Shown: piece after piece, positions 1 to 30,568 of the stretch
Numbering within the stretch: the first letter of the stretch is position 1
How the letters are laid out: each line of letters begins with the position of its first letter
Assembly: GCA_044892525.1 (NCBI GenBank)
Contig: CM097885.1
Span: 33,668,001 to 33,732,000 of the forward strand
Direction: 5' to 3'
DNA from: Schmidtea polychroa
Lineage: Eukaryota
DNA: 64,000 nt
Translations under genes and position numbers: made by a program
The notes under the pieces: model-generated
Seen by the model: only the letters and a program-made list of their open reading frames with translations
Databases searched by the model: none
Told to the model about the DNA's origin: nothing

Positions 1-144
1 ATCATAAAATTAAAATTAATTTTTAAAATGAAATATTTAATCACTTTTAAATGTATTATTCTTTTTTCAATATTTTATTATATAAAAACATAAAAATTAT
101 ACTTGAATATTTATTTATTATAATTAAATTATACATTTATTTAA

Positions 145-223
145 AAACTTGACTATGAATCAGTAAAGATATCGATGTTTTTTTGGATATTCAAGAATTT
201 TCGGCACTGTCTTTTTCAAGTGA
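145..223 (-). repeat. Degenerate family B pLTR/hammerhead unit
   Basis: Similar to 3050-3136 and 42431-42510; stem II mismatched (GAC/GCC). Another partial copy lies at ~20393-20455. Confidence 0.6.
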
Positions 224-283
224 TTTTTTTATACATTTTTTTTATATTATTGTTTTTTTTATATTATTGTTATTAAATTTAAT

Positions 284-304
284 AATATTATTATTATAAT
301 TATA

Positions 305-385
<81 letters not shown>
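284..385. repeat. (TTA)n microsatellite
   Basis: Direct inspection. Confidence 0.95.
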
Positions 386-387
<2 letters not shown>

Positions 388-829
388 AAAATAATTTTAA
401 AAATGTAAAAACTCTTTCCACAAAACTGGCTGTAATTTTAAAAATTAATAATTTTAATAATTGGATCATTTTCAAGATAATCAGAGCCAAATTCTTATAA
501 ATTTCTACAAAAAAAAATTAATAATTTCTACTTAAATTATAATTATGATGATTTTTGAAATATAAGATCGAATCAAAATTTTAAAAGATAATTGTTTCAT
601 TTACTAAAATCATTTCGCGTTGAATTTATCAAAAAAAATTGTTTCAAAAATCTACATAAGAAAATTATAAACAAATATTTCATGAAGATAAAGTATATTA
701 TTTTTTTTGTATAAATATAAAATAAATGAAAAAACCAAATAATACATATAATAACGAATATGGTAATAATCAAATAATAAAACGTATAAAGTGAAATAGA
801 AAAATAAAACTTATTTTATTTAAATAAAA

Positions 830-1515
830 ACATAAACTTCCGAAAGCACCTTAAAATAGTTTTAAAAAAACATGGCGACTATAATTACATATCTAAAAAA
901 TTAAATTAAAAGTAAAATTACAAAGTAACTCAAAACAAATAAAGAAATTTATAGAAAGCTTAAACCGAAATGTTTATTATTCGTGACAGAGGATATTAAA
1001 AATATGGATACAAAATGACCAATTTTATCATAAAAAGCTATGTCACTCTGGACTCATAAAAGTTTATAAATATGTATCGAATAATTGTTCTATGAAAAGT
1101 ATGAGAAAAATGATACAAGGTGTGATTCAAGTTTGTAAAAATTGGCAAAAACGAAAAGCTCCAACAACTCAAACAAAATAGAAAATATACAAAATACCAG
1201 AAACAATATATATTGATTTTTGTGGGCCACTAAGCAAAACACAATATGGAATGAAGTTTATTTTTGGCATTATTGATAGATTGAGCAAGAATGTTTCGCT
1301 ACATGCAGTAAAATCACAAGATAAGAATACAGTTACTTCAATTTTGAAAAAAGGCTGCAAATTAAAATACAAATAACAAGGAGGATGATTAATATTTTGG
1401 GCCTGCGGAAGTCATCAAACAAGTTCACAATAGAAGTAATGATCTGCAATTAGAAAATGGGAAACAAATTAAAGGTAACATTGAATAGTTAATGCATTTT
1501 AAACGAGGGGATATA
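830..1515 (+). mobile_element. Decayed gypsy integrase remnant
   Basis: HKKLCH..CDS/C, IYIDFCGPL, GIIDRLSK; purine tract GAGGGGGA at ~1505. Confidence 0.7.
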
Positions 1516-1844
1516 CGTATATATTTAAAAAATTAAATATTAACTTAAAGATTAATTATATAAATTATTTTTAAAATAGTATTTTAAAATTAATATTTTA
1601 AATGTATATTTTAAAATGTTAAATGTTTATAAAAATAAAATAATAAATTTAGTATGTTGATGTGAATGAAATGTATGAAGATTGAAATATGTCATTCTGA
1701 AAATATCAATATTTGACAATAGAAAAACTCAAATATATTGTGTTTTAATAGTACGTTGCATTATCCAATACTATCAGGATTCTTCTCTTTTCTTTTAAAA
1801 GCTTCTCATTGAACTTGGTACACCATATTTAAACTAAAATTATT

Positions 1845-1998
1845 TTTTACGAAAGGTGGTCTTAACGAGAGGGGTGGTCCTATTATGGAGGGTTATTTGT
1901 CCCAGTAAACTACTGTGTAAATTTGGTTCCGAAGAAAAAGAGGTCTTAACTAGAGGTGGTCTCTTTAGGGAGGTGGTCTTAAGTAGAGGTTTTACTGT
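1845..1998. mobile_element. Tc1/pogo-type terminal fragment
   Basis: Repeated GAGGTGGTC(T)T units ending ..AGAGGTTTTACTG-TA. Confidence 0.55.
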
Positions 1999-2880
1999 AT
2001 TGTAAAAAGATTGCGTTTTAGTTGAAATAAATTATTGGAAGATTATTTTATGGATATGATAAATACAAAACTCAGGGTAACTAATAGCGTCCAAGAAAAG
2101 CAAAACGGCATCCAAAAAACTAGATGGCAATTTGAAAAATAAAGTTAATTAAAAAGATATGTGACATTAAGAGAAATTAAAGAAATAAAAAATAACCAAT
2201 AATAAAATATTAAAAAAGTGAAATTAAATGGTTAAACAGTACCACGATGCATAGGCCGATGAAAGTGGATTGGTTGGGAAAACCAATGCAAATACGAGAT
2301 TATAAACACTGGGTACTTAGACACAAGAATAAATTTTTAACTAACCCTGCACACCTTTGAGTTTACCCTGACTGAATTTATGATAAATAAATACGTTGTA
2401 CGTTGAGTCAACGTTGTTGACTTATTAAAATTCTCAATAATAATTTTCTTTTTTCTTAACACGTTAAAATACTAGGTAGGATCGAGGTAGATGAATCAAG
2501 TTAAGGAACAAATTTAGATAATTGATAATAAAACATTAGGATTATTCCGATATGTTTATTTAGTTGATTTTTGTCCTAGTGGCACCTAGAGTTAAAATAA
2601 TCGTACTTTGAATGGTAAAAGTAAAAGATTGCTTGCCCAATGTCTGCAATATATGTAATGTTCATTAAGATGTTTTAAATGCTTTGTTGTTAGTATATTA
2701 ATTTTTGTAGTGTCTGGGACCCTAAAAGCGCTTTCATATTAATACTTCTAAATGTGCACGTTTCGACGAACACCAACAAAAGATCCAAATTCACAAGGCA
2801 TCAATTAGACGGAGCACAAGGAATGTGGTTTATCCACACACAAGTACAAAGATTATACCAACGAATAGAACACTTAACTA

Positions 2881-3046
<166 letters not shown>

Positions 3047-3103
3047 TATTAAAAAGAGAGTTTGAAGACTATAAATCAGTAATATATCGATGTTTGTTGA
3101 TAC

Positions 3104-3136
3104 TCACGAATTTTCGGCACTGCCTTTTTCAAGTGA
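3104..3136 (-). ncRNA. Minimal hammerhead motif, U3-A8 variant (family B)
   Basis: TCAC-TTGAAAA-A-GGC(agt)GCC-GAAA-AT-TC-GTGA; 4-bp stem I, AATT palindromic stem III. Confidence 0.65.
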
Positions 3137-3237
3137 ATTTAATAATAATAATTTTGTGTTGTGTTTAAAATATAGTTTTTGTTTTGTTTTTTGAAATATT
3201 ATGGATGTTATTAATTCAAGAAAGCAAGCATCTAATA

Positions 3238-3269
<32 letters not shown>

Positions 3270-3457
3270 TTAAATAAACACGGTAAAGATTTTATTAATA
3301 AAAATCGCCATTTGTACATCTTTTTCGCTATATATTTCGATAGCATCACTATCATCAGGTTACCTACATTCACGACGGATGAATAACTATACTATATTGA
3401 TAAAATAGTAGTATAGTTATCAATATAGTATAGTTATTCATCCGTCGTGAATGTAGG

Positions 3458-3498
3458 TAACCTGATGATGATAGTGATCCTATCGAAATATATAGCGA
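3458..3498 (+). ncRNA. Minimal hammerhead ribozyme motif (family A, Penelope pLTR)
   Basis: CTGATGA-T-GATAG(tgatc)CTATC-GAAA-TATA-TA; stem II 5 bp, palindromic stem III, weak stem I. Confidence 0.65.
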
Positions 3499-3522
3499 AA
3501 AAGATGTACGAATGGCGATTAA

Positions 3523-3723
<201 letters not shown>

Positions 3724-4062
3724 ATATTATTAAATATTAGATGCTTGCTTTCTTGAATTAATAACATCCATAATATTTCAAAATAAAACAAAAACTATAT
3801 TTTAAACACAACACAAAATCTCTCTTATTTAAACAATCTCTGTTTTTACCTTTGAGGATATTTCGCACGCATGAGTTAATAATTGAATAGGAAATATTCG
3901 TACACAAGTAATCAATAAATATTTTATATTTAAATTTTCAATCATTCTTAAATATATTTAATTTATTATTTTAATTTATAATTTTATTATCTACTTTTAT
4001 TTTATTATTTAAATCTATTTAAAACTGGAAATTAAATACTAATTCTATTTAATTAGTTTTAC

Positions 4063-4273
<211 letters not shown>

Positions 4274-4616
4274 GTGAAATCTAATTTACGGAGTTCACCA
4301 GATGTCGAATTATTAGATGAAATTAATTGTGTATTTAATTAATTATTAGTATTTATAATGAAGTCAGAAGTTAAAAAATAATTTATTTATGAACAATTCT
4401 TGAATTTTTTTTTTATTTAATTATTCAAAGGATAGAAATTAAGATATTATTACCAACAATGTTTAAAAGAAAGTTTTATTTAATTATTTTTAATTAAATT
4501 AATTAATCATTAACTCTTTAATAATTAAAGAAATTAAATAAACACCTTTGTTGAAAATTTAATTAACTGCAAGAATATCTGAGTTTTAATAACTGAAACT
4601 TTACAAATAAACTAAC

Positions 4617-21238
<16,622 letters not shown>

Positions 21239-24200
21239 GGTAAATGTAATTTGAAATTAGAAATTTTATTAAAACGATAATTTTCTCAAGTATGATATAA
21301 TTTTAATTTGAGCATTTCAAAATTTTAATTGAATGCTGCTAGGATACCAATATTTTAAACAATTTATTTTAAAATTTTGAATTAATATTAAAGTTTTATC
21401 CACATATCAAATTTATAATTTGTTGAATATAAAAATTAAATATTAATTTTTTGATTTAATAAAATGAAATTATTTGATATGACTTAAATAATGTTTTTGG
21501 AAGAATTCTCGTAATGAAAAAATATTTTTCAAAAATTGGACATTTGGTAATGTTGGGTTTTGGTTTACTTTACTATATCTTTTTTACCCACAATTCTGCG
21601 TGACTCATCCGGCTCAATCAGTCTACTGATCTCCACCAATCATTAATTACGGCGCTTAACAATTAAAGACAAATTTGATCTTAAAAACTTATTGTGTTTG
21701 CCATTTCTTAGTTGGATGTCTTCTAAATGGGATTCCGATAATTCTCTTTTGTTCACTTTTTCTATTTAGTAAGATCCTATATAATTTTTAGAAGGAACAT
21801 TATTATTACTGTCTTATTAACAGTGAAGCTAATGACTCATGGTGAGGCACGTAGTAGATTATCACTAGACTCCCAAGCCAAACATCCACCCCAAACTTGA
21901 AACATCATTGAAATGAAATTACCTTAGTGTCAAATAAAAAAATAGTAGTAGGAAATAAAAGATATTCATGCAAACAAATAAAATCTTTTTTAATCTTTTT
22001 CTGAATGTATGAGTGCGAATTTGAGGTGACCCTTATGCGATGATGAGAATTGATTTCAGGAGAATGTTGTATTTGCTAATTTTAATAATTTCAGTAGTAC
22101 GTTCGGCTAACGACCGATAACAACAACGGGCACCAATAGACAAGTCAAATGGACACGCTTCCGGATAGATGTGTTGGGCTGATGGTCAAATAAATAATAA
22201 TAATCAGATTAATAACTAAATAAGAATTAGGGGAGAGAATTAGCCCAGAGAAAGATAAACTAGAAAGAAATAGCAGAAAATTAATAAAAAATACAAAACA
22301 ATTACCTAAGATAATAGAAAATATTAAATAATAAAAAGAGATAGCACGGAAAATGAAAATAAAGATATTAAACCCAAAATAGTAATAATAATTAAGAAAA
22401 TTGGAAAAACGCGATAAAATTACTCAAAAATCAACTAAGAATTGAAAAATTAATTAATAATAAAATCGTTAAAAATAATGAAGAAATAATAAGAAAAGAA
22501 TAAAAAAGAGAAAAAATAAATAAAAATAAAATATTACAACCGCACTGGATTCTGATTGGATAGAATCCAGTATATAAGAGAATTAAGCGGCTAGTTCTTT
22601 CAGTTTTATAAAATTTATTTCAGGTAGGATAATGACTAAGTTTTTCCATTTTTATAAAATTTATTTCAGATTTGTGACCATCAGCCTAATTTAGCTATTC
22701 ACTTCAATTCATTGACTCAAAAGAATCCAGGATAATGTAAGCTTCTATTTATTAGCTGTATTTAGTATAATATTTATTTTTTCACTTATGCATTTGAACG
22801 TTAAATTTTAGTAAAAGTAATAATGCCTAATTAAAAATTAAATTTTAAATTTTCATTTTCTATTCTTTCGACAGTATATATTAATTATAAATATAAGTTT
22901 TTCGGTTAAACGTTTGAATCCGAGTTAGAGATTTATTGTGATTGATTGGTTTATGATTATGGGAATCGATTTTCAATTTTATGCCAGAATTTCATCCTAT
23001 GTGTCATGATTTATGCCGTTAGGGCAATATGATTTGGAATGATGCCATCGTGAGGACTACTTTGGAATGAACAATCCACGGTTTTTATATTTTGATTGGA
23101 TGATAAATGTAGTATAATAAATTATTTGATTTACAAGATTTTCTATTGAAATCGATTGAGGGAATATGCATCCGATGAATACGAGTCAATGATTATATGG
23201 ATAGGGTTTGAGGAGATGTATTGTCAGCCGAGACGTAGCCAGAAAGGAGGAGATGATAGGTAATGAAAGCGTCGAAGTACTTTTCGAATGAAATAATTGG
23301 ACTTGCGATGGAGTAGGCTAGATTTTGGTCAACATTTTCAGAGACAGATTTTGTAGTTCGTAATTATGAGGCATTTTTCTGAATTTGTTACCGTTATGAA
23401 TATAAAAATTTTATTTATTATTGTTTACTTAATATATTGGGGATTGATTAGCTAGGAGGACGTCCGGAACTGTCGATGCTTGCATTGATAGGGCACAGAT
23501 CGTCTTGCTGGATGATTGATCCTGGTGGTAGAAGGAGTAGAGGAGTGAAGTATAATATGTGGGAAACACAATTTGATTCTCCAGCTCGGTGACGGAAATG
23601 ATCTTATCCATGTCTTCTACTCCACATCTTAAAATAAGAGTAAAATTGGAATGAAATGTCGAGAGGCTTACTTTCAGATCTATACTTGACAAAATTTCGT
23701 TCCATTGCAACGAATTAATCGTCAATTTCGACCTTCAAAACATCCGATTTTCTCCAAAAATTGCACTTTAACGGGTTTCAATGCCAACTAGTAGGCAAAC
23801 TTCACTGTCTGATTTTCTACACTTCTAATCCTAAATTCTGTACACTGTTTATACGAACTGTCAGGAAATATCTTATCATTTGATCAGTCACATCATAACG
23901 AAATCTGACATCGCACAGTAAACTGCAGTAAGAATCATGTCGTAATCTAAATAGCCAGTAATTGAAGGTAAATATTGGAAAATGCCCTGATAAACATCCA
24001 CATATCTAATAGATCACCGCCGATGAATAAACATCTACACGTACAGTAGGTTTGATGATAATTTCTAATTATCCACAACACGATGGTAGGAATCAAAACC
24101 CCGACAGATAACATAACACCCGCATGTGATGATTTGACAAAAGACAAGTGTTCGATAGAAATCAGTAGTTGAATGTAATAATAGAGTCATAGCAAAGCTG

Positions 24201-25007
24201 CAGACACACTCTCTCGGACTAGCATACACACATCCTCGGGTAAATCGAATCTTGAAAAGTTTCTCCGACACACCTCTACAGCTACGAGTGTTAAGTGAAA
24301 AGCGGCAGAAATAAATAAATCTGGTTATCTCATCAATTCGAGTGACACAGGCGATAAGTTCTCTTCTATTAAAAATCTTTAATTCGGTCGGGTAAATAAT
24401 AAAAGCGGGCGACACCCTGCCATTACTTCGTCATAATTCTGTATCGATCTGGAATAAAATCGAAAGAGCCAGCGAAATTATAAACCCTTCAATAACTTTC
24501 TAATTATCATCCACTCAAGCAAAAAACTAATTCTTAATACCTTCTGTCGTTTTCTTCATGTTAGCTAACCAAGTGCGGAAACATATATTAATTTTTCTCG
24601 TTAAAGTAAATGATGTGGAAATTTTAATTACAAGTTTTCCCACAAAGCAAATAATCCACGATTAACATTAAAGTTTACTAAGTTTACCACTACTCATGAA
24701 CAGTAATATAAAGTCTACGTAATCAAATCCGAAAACCAATGATCAAATTTCTGTAATAGGATAGGAGGAAAGCCCATTTTTCAGTGTTGCATGATAGAAA
24801 CCCTACCCAACCCCTTCTAAAAATGCGGACAAATTTATCAATTTTTCATAATATGGATCACGCCGAATGAAGTATGATGAGTACGAGGATTCGCTCTTTA
24901 CTAGAGATTTGGGGGGGGGGGGGGTGGTGAAACCTTGCGGAACCTATTTTTTCGTGACGAGGTATTTTAATTATTTCATATAATTTCAATAAAATTTTCG
25001 ATACCAA

Positions 25008-25742
25008 ATGTCAGAACCAAACCTTCCTCCAACCGGCCCGAGACCGTGCTTCTCATGCGCCGACAAAAATGTTCTACTGAGAAAATCGGCCGAGTATATA
25101 GGGTCGTTAAAACGCAAGATCGACACCTTAGAGGGTACCTGGTTCACTCCAGCCAGTATGAAGGAGGCCCAGATGAAGATACTTCGGGTCGAACATTGTC
25201 GAGATAGTTTGCTGCAAGAGAGTCTGAGTCGGAGACTCACTATCAAAGCGCAATCGACCGCTCTACATCGCGTTTATTCCGAAGTCGAGTTAAAAGCGCG
25301 CATAACGGAATATCCAATCTCAGACAAGGGAAATCTTTTCCCCATACACCATGACTTGATTCATCAGGAGCCAGTTCAACCTTCTTGTTGCAGCGCTCAT
25401 GGCCCAACCATCGCGCTTCCAATCATGACAGACATCTTAAAGACAACCATGCCAGTAGCTGTGCAGCCAGTCATAAATCCGACAGATCCCACGACTTCTC
25501 AGTCAGCCGTTCCACCAGTACCTGGTAAGCAGAAGAGGAAGAAGCGGCTAACACAGGCCGAAAAGACAAAAAAACGTCGAGAGGAAATCGCGGCCCTCGA
25601 AGCGACCTTATTCGCGGCCACTCAGGCGAAGGGAGTATCTCCTACTGTTACCATCGTACCGGTCGAAATTGTACCGGTCGCCGTCTCTCAGCCATCTCTC
25701 GACCCTGCTTTGGAAGCGTTGTTGGCGGAGGGGGAGAAGTGA
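25008..25742 (+). CDS. Orphan 244-aa intronless ORF in GC-richer island (CxxC, coiled-coil-like segment, basic NLS-like patch)
   Basis: Uninterrupted ORF, GC far above flanks, with CFSC and KQKRKKR..KTKKRR. No family recognised. Confidence 0.5.
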   Translation: MSEPNLPPTGPRPCFSCADKNVLLRKSAEYIGSLKRKIDTLEGTWFTPASMKEAQMKILRVEHCRDSLLQESLSRRLTIKAQSTALHRVYSEVELKARITEYPISDKGNLFPIHHDLIHQEPVQPSCCSAHGPTIALPIMTDILKTTMPVAVQPVINPTDPTTSQSAVPPVPGKQKRKKRLTQAEKTKKRREEIAALEATLFAATQAKGVSPTVTIVPVEIVPVAVSQPSLDPALEALLAEGEK

Positions 25743-28013
25743 CGTTCGATAATCTGACAGGACCACCTCTCTATAAATCCTTCCCCAGAAAATCGAATGC
25801 TTTTTATAATAACGTTAAGGAACTATTCTGCATGGTGTATTTGGCTGCAAATTTATTGCGTATTTCTCTTCTTTCTTATTTGTGTGAGCTACATGTAGTA
25901 TGAAATCGATTGTAATGTAATTAAATGTCTGACTTTGTCTCGTTACTCGTTGAATTATTGATATTTCACTATAAAGACTTCAGTACAACTGCGTAGACAA
26001 ATTGGAAGACTTCACTTGGACCAGAGGCAGATTACTGAATGATGTAATTCCTTCCATGGCATTTCAGGACCCGCACCGCGAACACTGTGAGGAGTAGTTT
26101 TAGTGATAGAGCTCACCTGCTCACAGGTTCCAACCTCGGTGTACAGCACCAACATGACTCGTTGTCATGGGTACACAGGAGGGAATATTCTAACAAATCG
26201 TTTTGGGCGTCTGGGGTCAATGAATCAAATTTCAATGGCAACCCCTAGTTGCGCCAGTCGACGAAAAACCTGCCCAGGTGCCCAACAGATGTGTGAAATC
26301 ATCGACATCGAGTGAAGGTCCTGGGTCAGAATTTACAGCACCGATGGAAAACTCCAAGATCGATCTGATGTAGAGACGAAATGAGATCGATCGCCACTCA
26401 CAACGTGATAGTGCCAGTAAGCCAACATCCGAGGTGCAACCCGTACGAACAAACTAGGCGGACGGACAACACTTGAATTAAATCGTTTTCATCTTTTTTT
26501 ATTACATCTTGTTTTTATTTCATTGCCTTTTGGCCAGTTTGGTTTTGTTGCTTTATTATCGGTTAGCGCGTTGATAATTTGCTTGTTGTGCCCAACCTCG
26601 TTGTTGTTTATATGCCTAACTGGGAAAAGATCAATGACATCATTGATTATGTCATTAAATTAACCTATTTAAGTTCAGCATAAATAAACTATTAGCAATA
26701 TTCGAATTACGGAACATTTACACTGACTCACTACATTTAAGATTAGATTCAATAATCTACACGGAATCAGGCGAACTTAACCCGAATAACAACGGAACTA
26801 TACGTACAATATATCTGTGTGGAATGATTAAAATTACCATATCGTGAGTTGAAGACTATTGGTTTAACCCAGAGACCTTGAAAGAGTACAAATGAGAATA
26901 CTACAATTTCAAGAGCAGGCCACTAACTATAAAATTCGCCATATTCGGCAGTTGGAGACAGAACACTATCAAGTATGGAACAGCAGAGAAATCTCGTGCT
27001 AATCGCTTTCAATAAAGTGAATCGAACTTTCTCCGGATGACAGAACAAGTCAACGGATCCAGATTCCACCAACAGCGTGTGTCCCATGAAGGAAAAAGTG
27101 ATGCAAGATTGGACGGCAAGAACGGTTACACCGGAAACCTCACGAGGAGGCCCGTATTGCGGGGCATTTGCCGAAACAAATAGAGAAACTAAACCTTGAT
27201 GGGATCGTGGAGGTACGACCCGAGAGAATCAGTGGGCATGATTTTGTATATAAAAAATAATAAATGTCATTAAAGCAATGTTTTGGTGATTTTATTCCGA
27301 CAAAGATTAGGTTTAAGGCGAGATCATAAGAAAAATCAGGTCCAGACCTTCTATCGATACATCATTGACCCATTAAAGCGTTTGACAATTATAGTACATC
27401 GGGATGCTCTGATTTTTGCAAACACTTAACTATTCAGTAAATTACCAACGTTGAAGAATAAACGGGTATTGAGTGGCAGACAACGATTGTCTCATGTGTT
27501 ACGCTGGAAACAGCTAGAACGGCCAAAATGTTGATTATGTGTAACCCTGCCCCACATAAACTGAAAAAATATTACATGTTAGTTATTTGTAAAATATAAA
27601 ATAGTACACATTTTTATCGAATAAATTTATTAAATCAAATAAAGGAATTGAAATTATGATGCTTTTTCCCAAATATTATGATGACTTTAAGATTATTTAG
27701 TACCATTTGAGTCACTGTCTCTCAATCAGAACGCTCATTTTGCTCGTAATCAAAAACGTGCCATGATCAACAATGGTACAAGAAAGTTTGAATGATTAAG
27801 GATTAAGAGCACTTGGAAAGACTTCTTTGGGTTTATTCTTGTTTTGCACTACTTAAAAATCACAGAGCTCCTCTTGATATTTTATAATTTCTTGTTTACA
27901 TTTTACATTTTTATAATACTTTATATATAAATAATAAGTTGGGGAGATGTGGGAAACTTGATCCTTTAAGGAGACTTGATCTTCATTTCATATTTCGCGC
28001 TATTTAATTAGTA

Positions 28014-28795
28014 GGTAGTTATGTGCACTCCAGATCCAGATACCCCCCTCTTTTTTAAAATTTTTAAAAAGACCCCCCTATTTTTTTAATTTTAATTTTT
28101 GTTTTAATGGTCGATTACGAAATAATTTTAATTTGTTTAAATCGTTGATTATATGATAATATTTTTTTGGTTTTAATTATCGATTAAGTAATAATTTTAC
28201 AGTTTGATATTACTCATATGCAATAAGGATGCAATATCAATGCATGATTTTGATTGGTTGGTATGTGCTTAACCTCTATGACTTGTATTTATTGTATAAT
28301 ATTAATTTGTACATCTATTACACTAAGGTCTATGTGTTACTTGTTGATTCTAAATAATTTACTATCCTTACTCGATTTATTGATAACTATTTTTTTAACT
28401 AAAACATGTTGGTTTGTAAATATTTCAATAAAGATAAATGAATGAAAGAGAAAGATGTATAAGTGTTTAAAAAGATGTGTAAATTCAAAAATGGTGTACT
28501 AAAAATGAAATTTCAGAATTTTGATTAAATCATAGTCTCATTTAATAGAGAATTAAATTTCAAGTATATTGACTTTAAAAAGTCTTATAAAAAATCAAAA
28601 TTTATGGCGTAATCAATGATTCAAATAAAATTAAAATTATTACATAATCGATAATTAAAACAAAAATTAAAGTTTAAAAAAAATAGGGGGAGGGGTGTTT
28701 TAAGAATTTTTTTTAAAAGTACGGGGGGTCTTTTTAAAAAAAATTTTAAAAAGAGGGGGGGGGGTTATCTGGATCTGGAGTGCACATAACTACCT
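28014..28795. mobile_element. Non-autonomous element with long (~140 bp) TIRs
   Basis: GGTAGTTATGTGCACTCCAGATCCAGATA.. inverted at both ends, flanked by TA; appears nested in an older element ~27950-29050 (GAGACTTGATC repeats). Confidence 0.8.
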
Positions 28796-29908
28796 ACTTT
28801 CATTATTTATGATTATTTTTCGTATGAATGCTCTGTTGACATACCCAACGTGGAAATAGACCAAATATCAAAGAGCTGTTTATGACAAACATTGTGTTTA
28901 GGTTAATTTTAATATCCACGTGCTGTTGACTTGATTTTTTGGTAAGTGAACTTTTTTATTATACAACATAATAATAAACATTTATGGCTTACCTGTTAGA
29001 CTTGATCCCTGTGGGTCAAGTCTTGTTAAGAGGGATCAAGTCTCCTCGATTTTTTATTCTTGTGCAACTACTTGCCGTTAGTAATTTTATTATTTTTATT
29101 TTAATTATTTTGGTTTTACTTTTGTTTTACTTGGTTTGTTATTAAGATATTTTAAATTTTATTCTTGTATTTTTTATGCTTTGTGAGTCATCTCAGTTAC
29201 CTCGTTACTTGTCGGATTAAAACAAGAAAAGATTAACGAAACAGAAAAATTGATTTCTAGCCCAACACAACACTAACATATTTTATATTATCAGTATCAC
29301 AATAAATGCAAATTTATTATTATTTAACAGCAACGCAACTAGACTAAATGGTTTCTCATAAACGTTAGAAAATTGGGTATATATAATTATTAATCTCAAT
29401 CAACAAAAAGCTAAAAACTAATAACATAAGATATTTTTGCCGTTTTGCACAGCGGAGCTGGGAGTAAAATTTACTATTTACTGTTCATTTGTTAACTTAT
29501 ATCATACAGACAAAATGCACGAATAAAAACCCATCGAAAAATCTATAACTGTAAAACCATCAATCAAAAAAGTAAAATTGTAAAAGAAAAGCTCAAAAAA
29601 CGAAACTCTTACTACTAGATATTAACTTAGCGTTTTCAAATGTCGTCATTTTTTTTCTAAACTTTAAACCGGGAAGAATGAGTTGAAAAATAGCAATCCC
29701 TGAAAACCGGGACGACTGGAAACACTTATTGTATAAACACTATCAATTTATCGGTTTCTTAGTAAAAGAAATTATTAAAAAATATCATTATGAAAATTGT
29801 TTTAATTATAAAATTAGAATACATTATTTCAAATAAATTTAAGGAGTAATATTTATTTGTTCACTTGAAAACAAATAATTGAGACAAAATTAAAAAATAA
29901 TAATAAAC

Positions 29909-30079
<171 letters not shown>

Positions 30080-30568
30080 AGTGCTTCTGATTGAAAGATT
30101 TATATAAACTGATTTAATAGTAAAGTTTGAGTGCCTTCATTATACCTGTAAAATTCAGTTAAGGCTAGTTTAAGCCCGCAAATTTTAGAGACCATTCATG
30201 TTTTGCCATGCGATGCAAAAAAACATACAAAGAGTAATAAAAATACAGTTAAAAGTATGATTAATGCGTCTTGTGAAAACATGAGTGAGATACATTTTAC
30301 AGCCATGGATGAACATGAAGATAGCATGAAATATGTTTCGACTCGCATGACTTATTTTCTATTAATACAAATTACTCTACTGTTTAAAGTCATAATTTGT
30401 AGAAAATGTTTCTAAATACTCCAATAAACATCAATTATTGTGAAAACACTGAAAATCATTTGTGCAGACCATACGAAGAATATCCCAATGTTAAAGACAA
30501 AATTGAAATAAACCAAGTAAGAATATAATAAATAAGACTAATTTGTCATTGATAATGATATTCAGGAA

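Noticed and set aside
242..490. Poly-N ORF; also poly-L/poly-I ORFs at 3447-3740 and poly-Y at 10152-10343
   Set aside because: Translations of (AAT)n microsatellites, not genes.
26700..27000. Alternative genetic code (TGA read-through) in island ORFs
   Set aside because: TAA/TAG stops and frameshifts are also present; ordinary decay is simpler.
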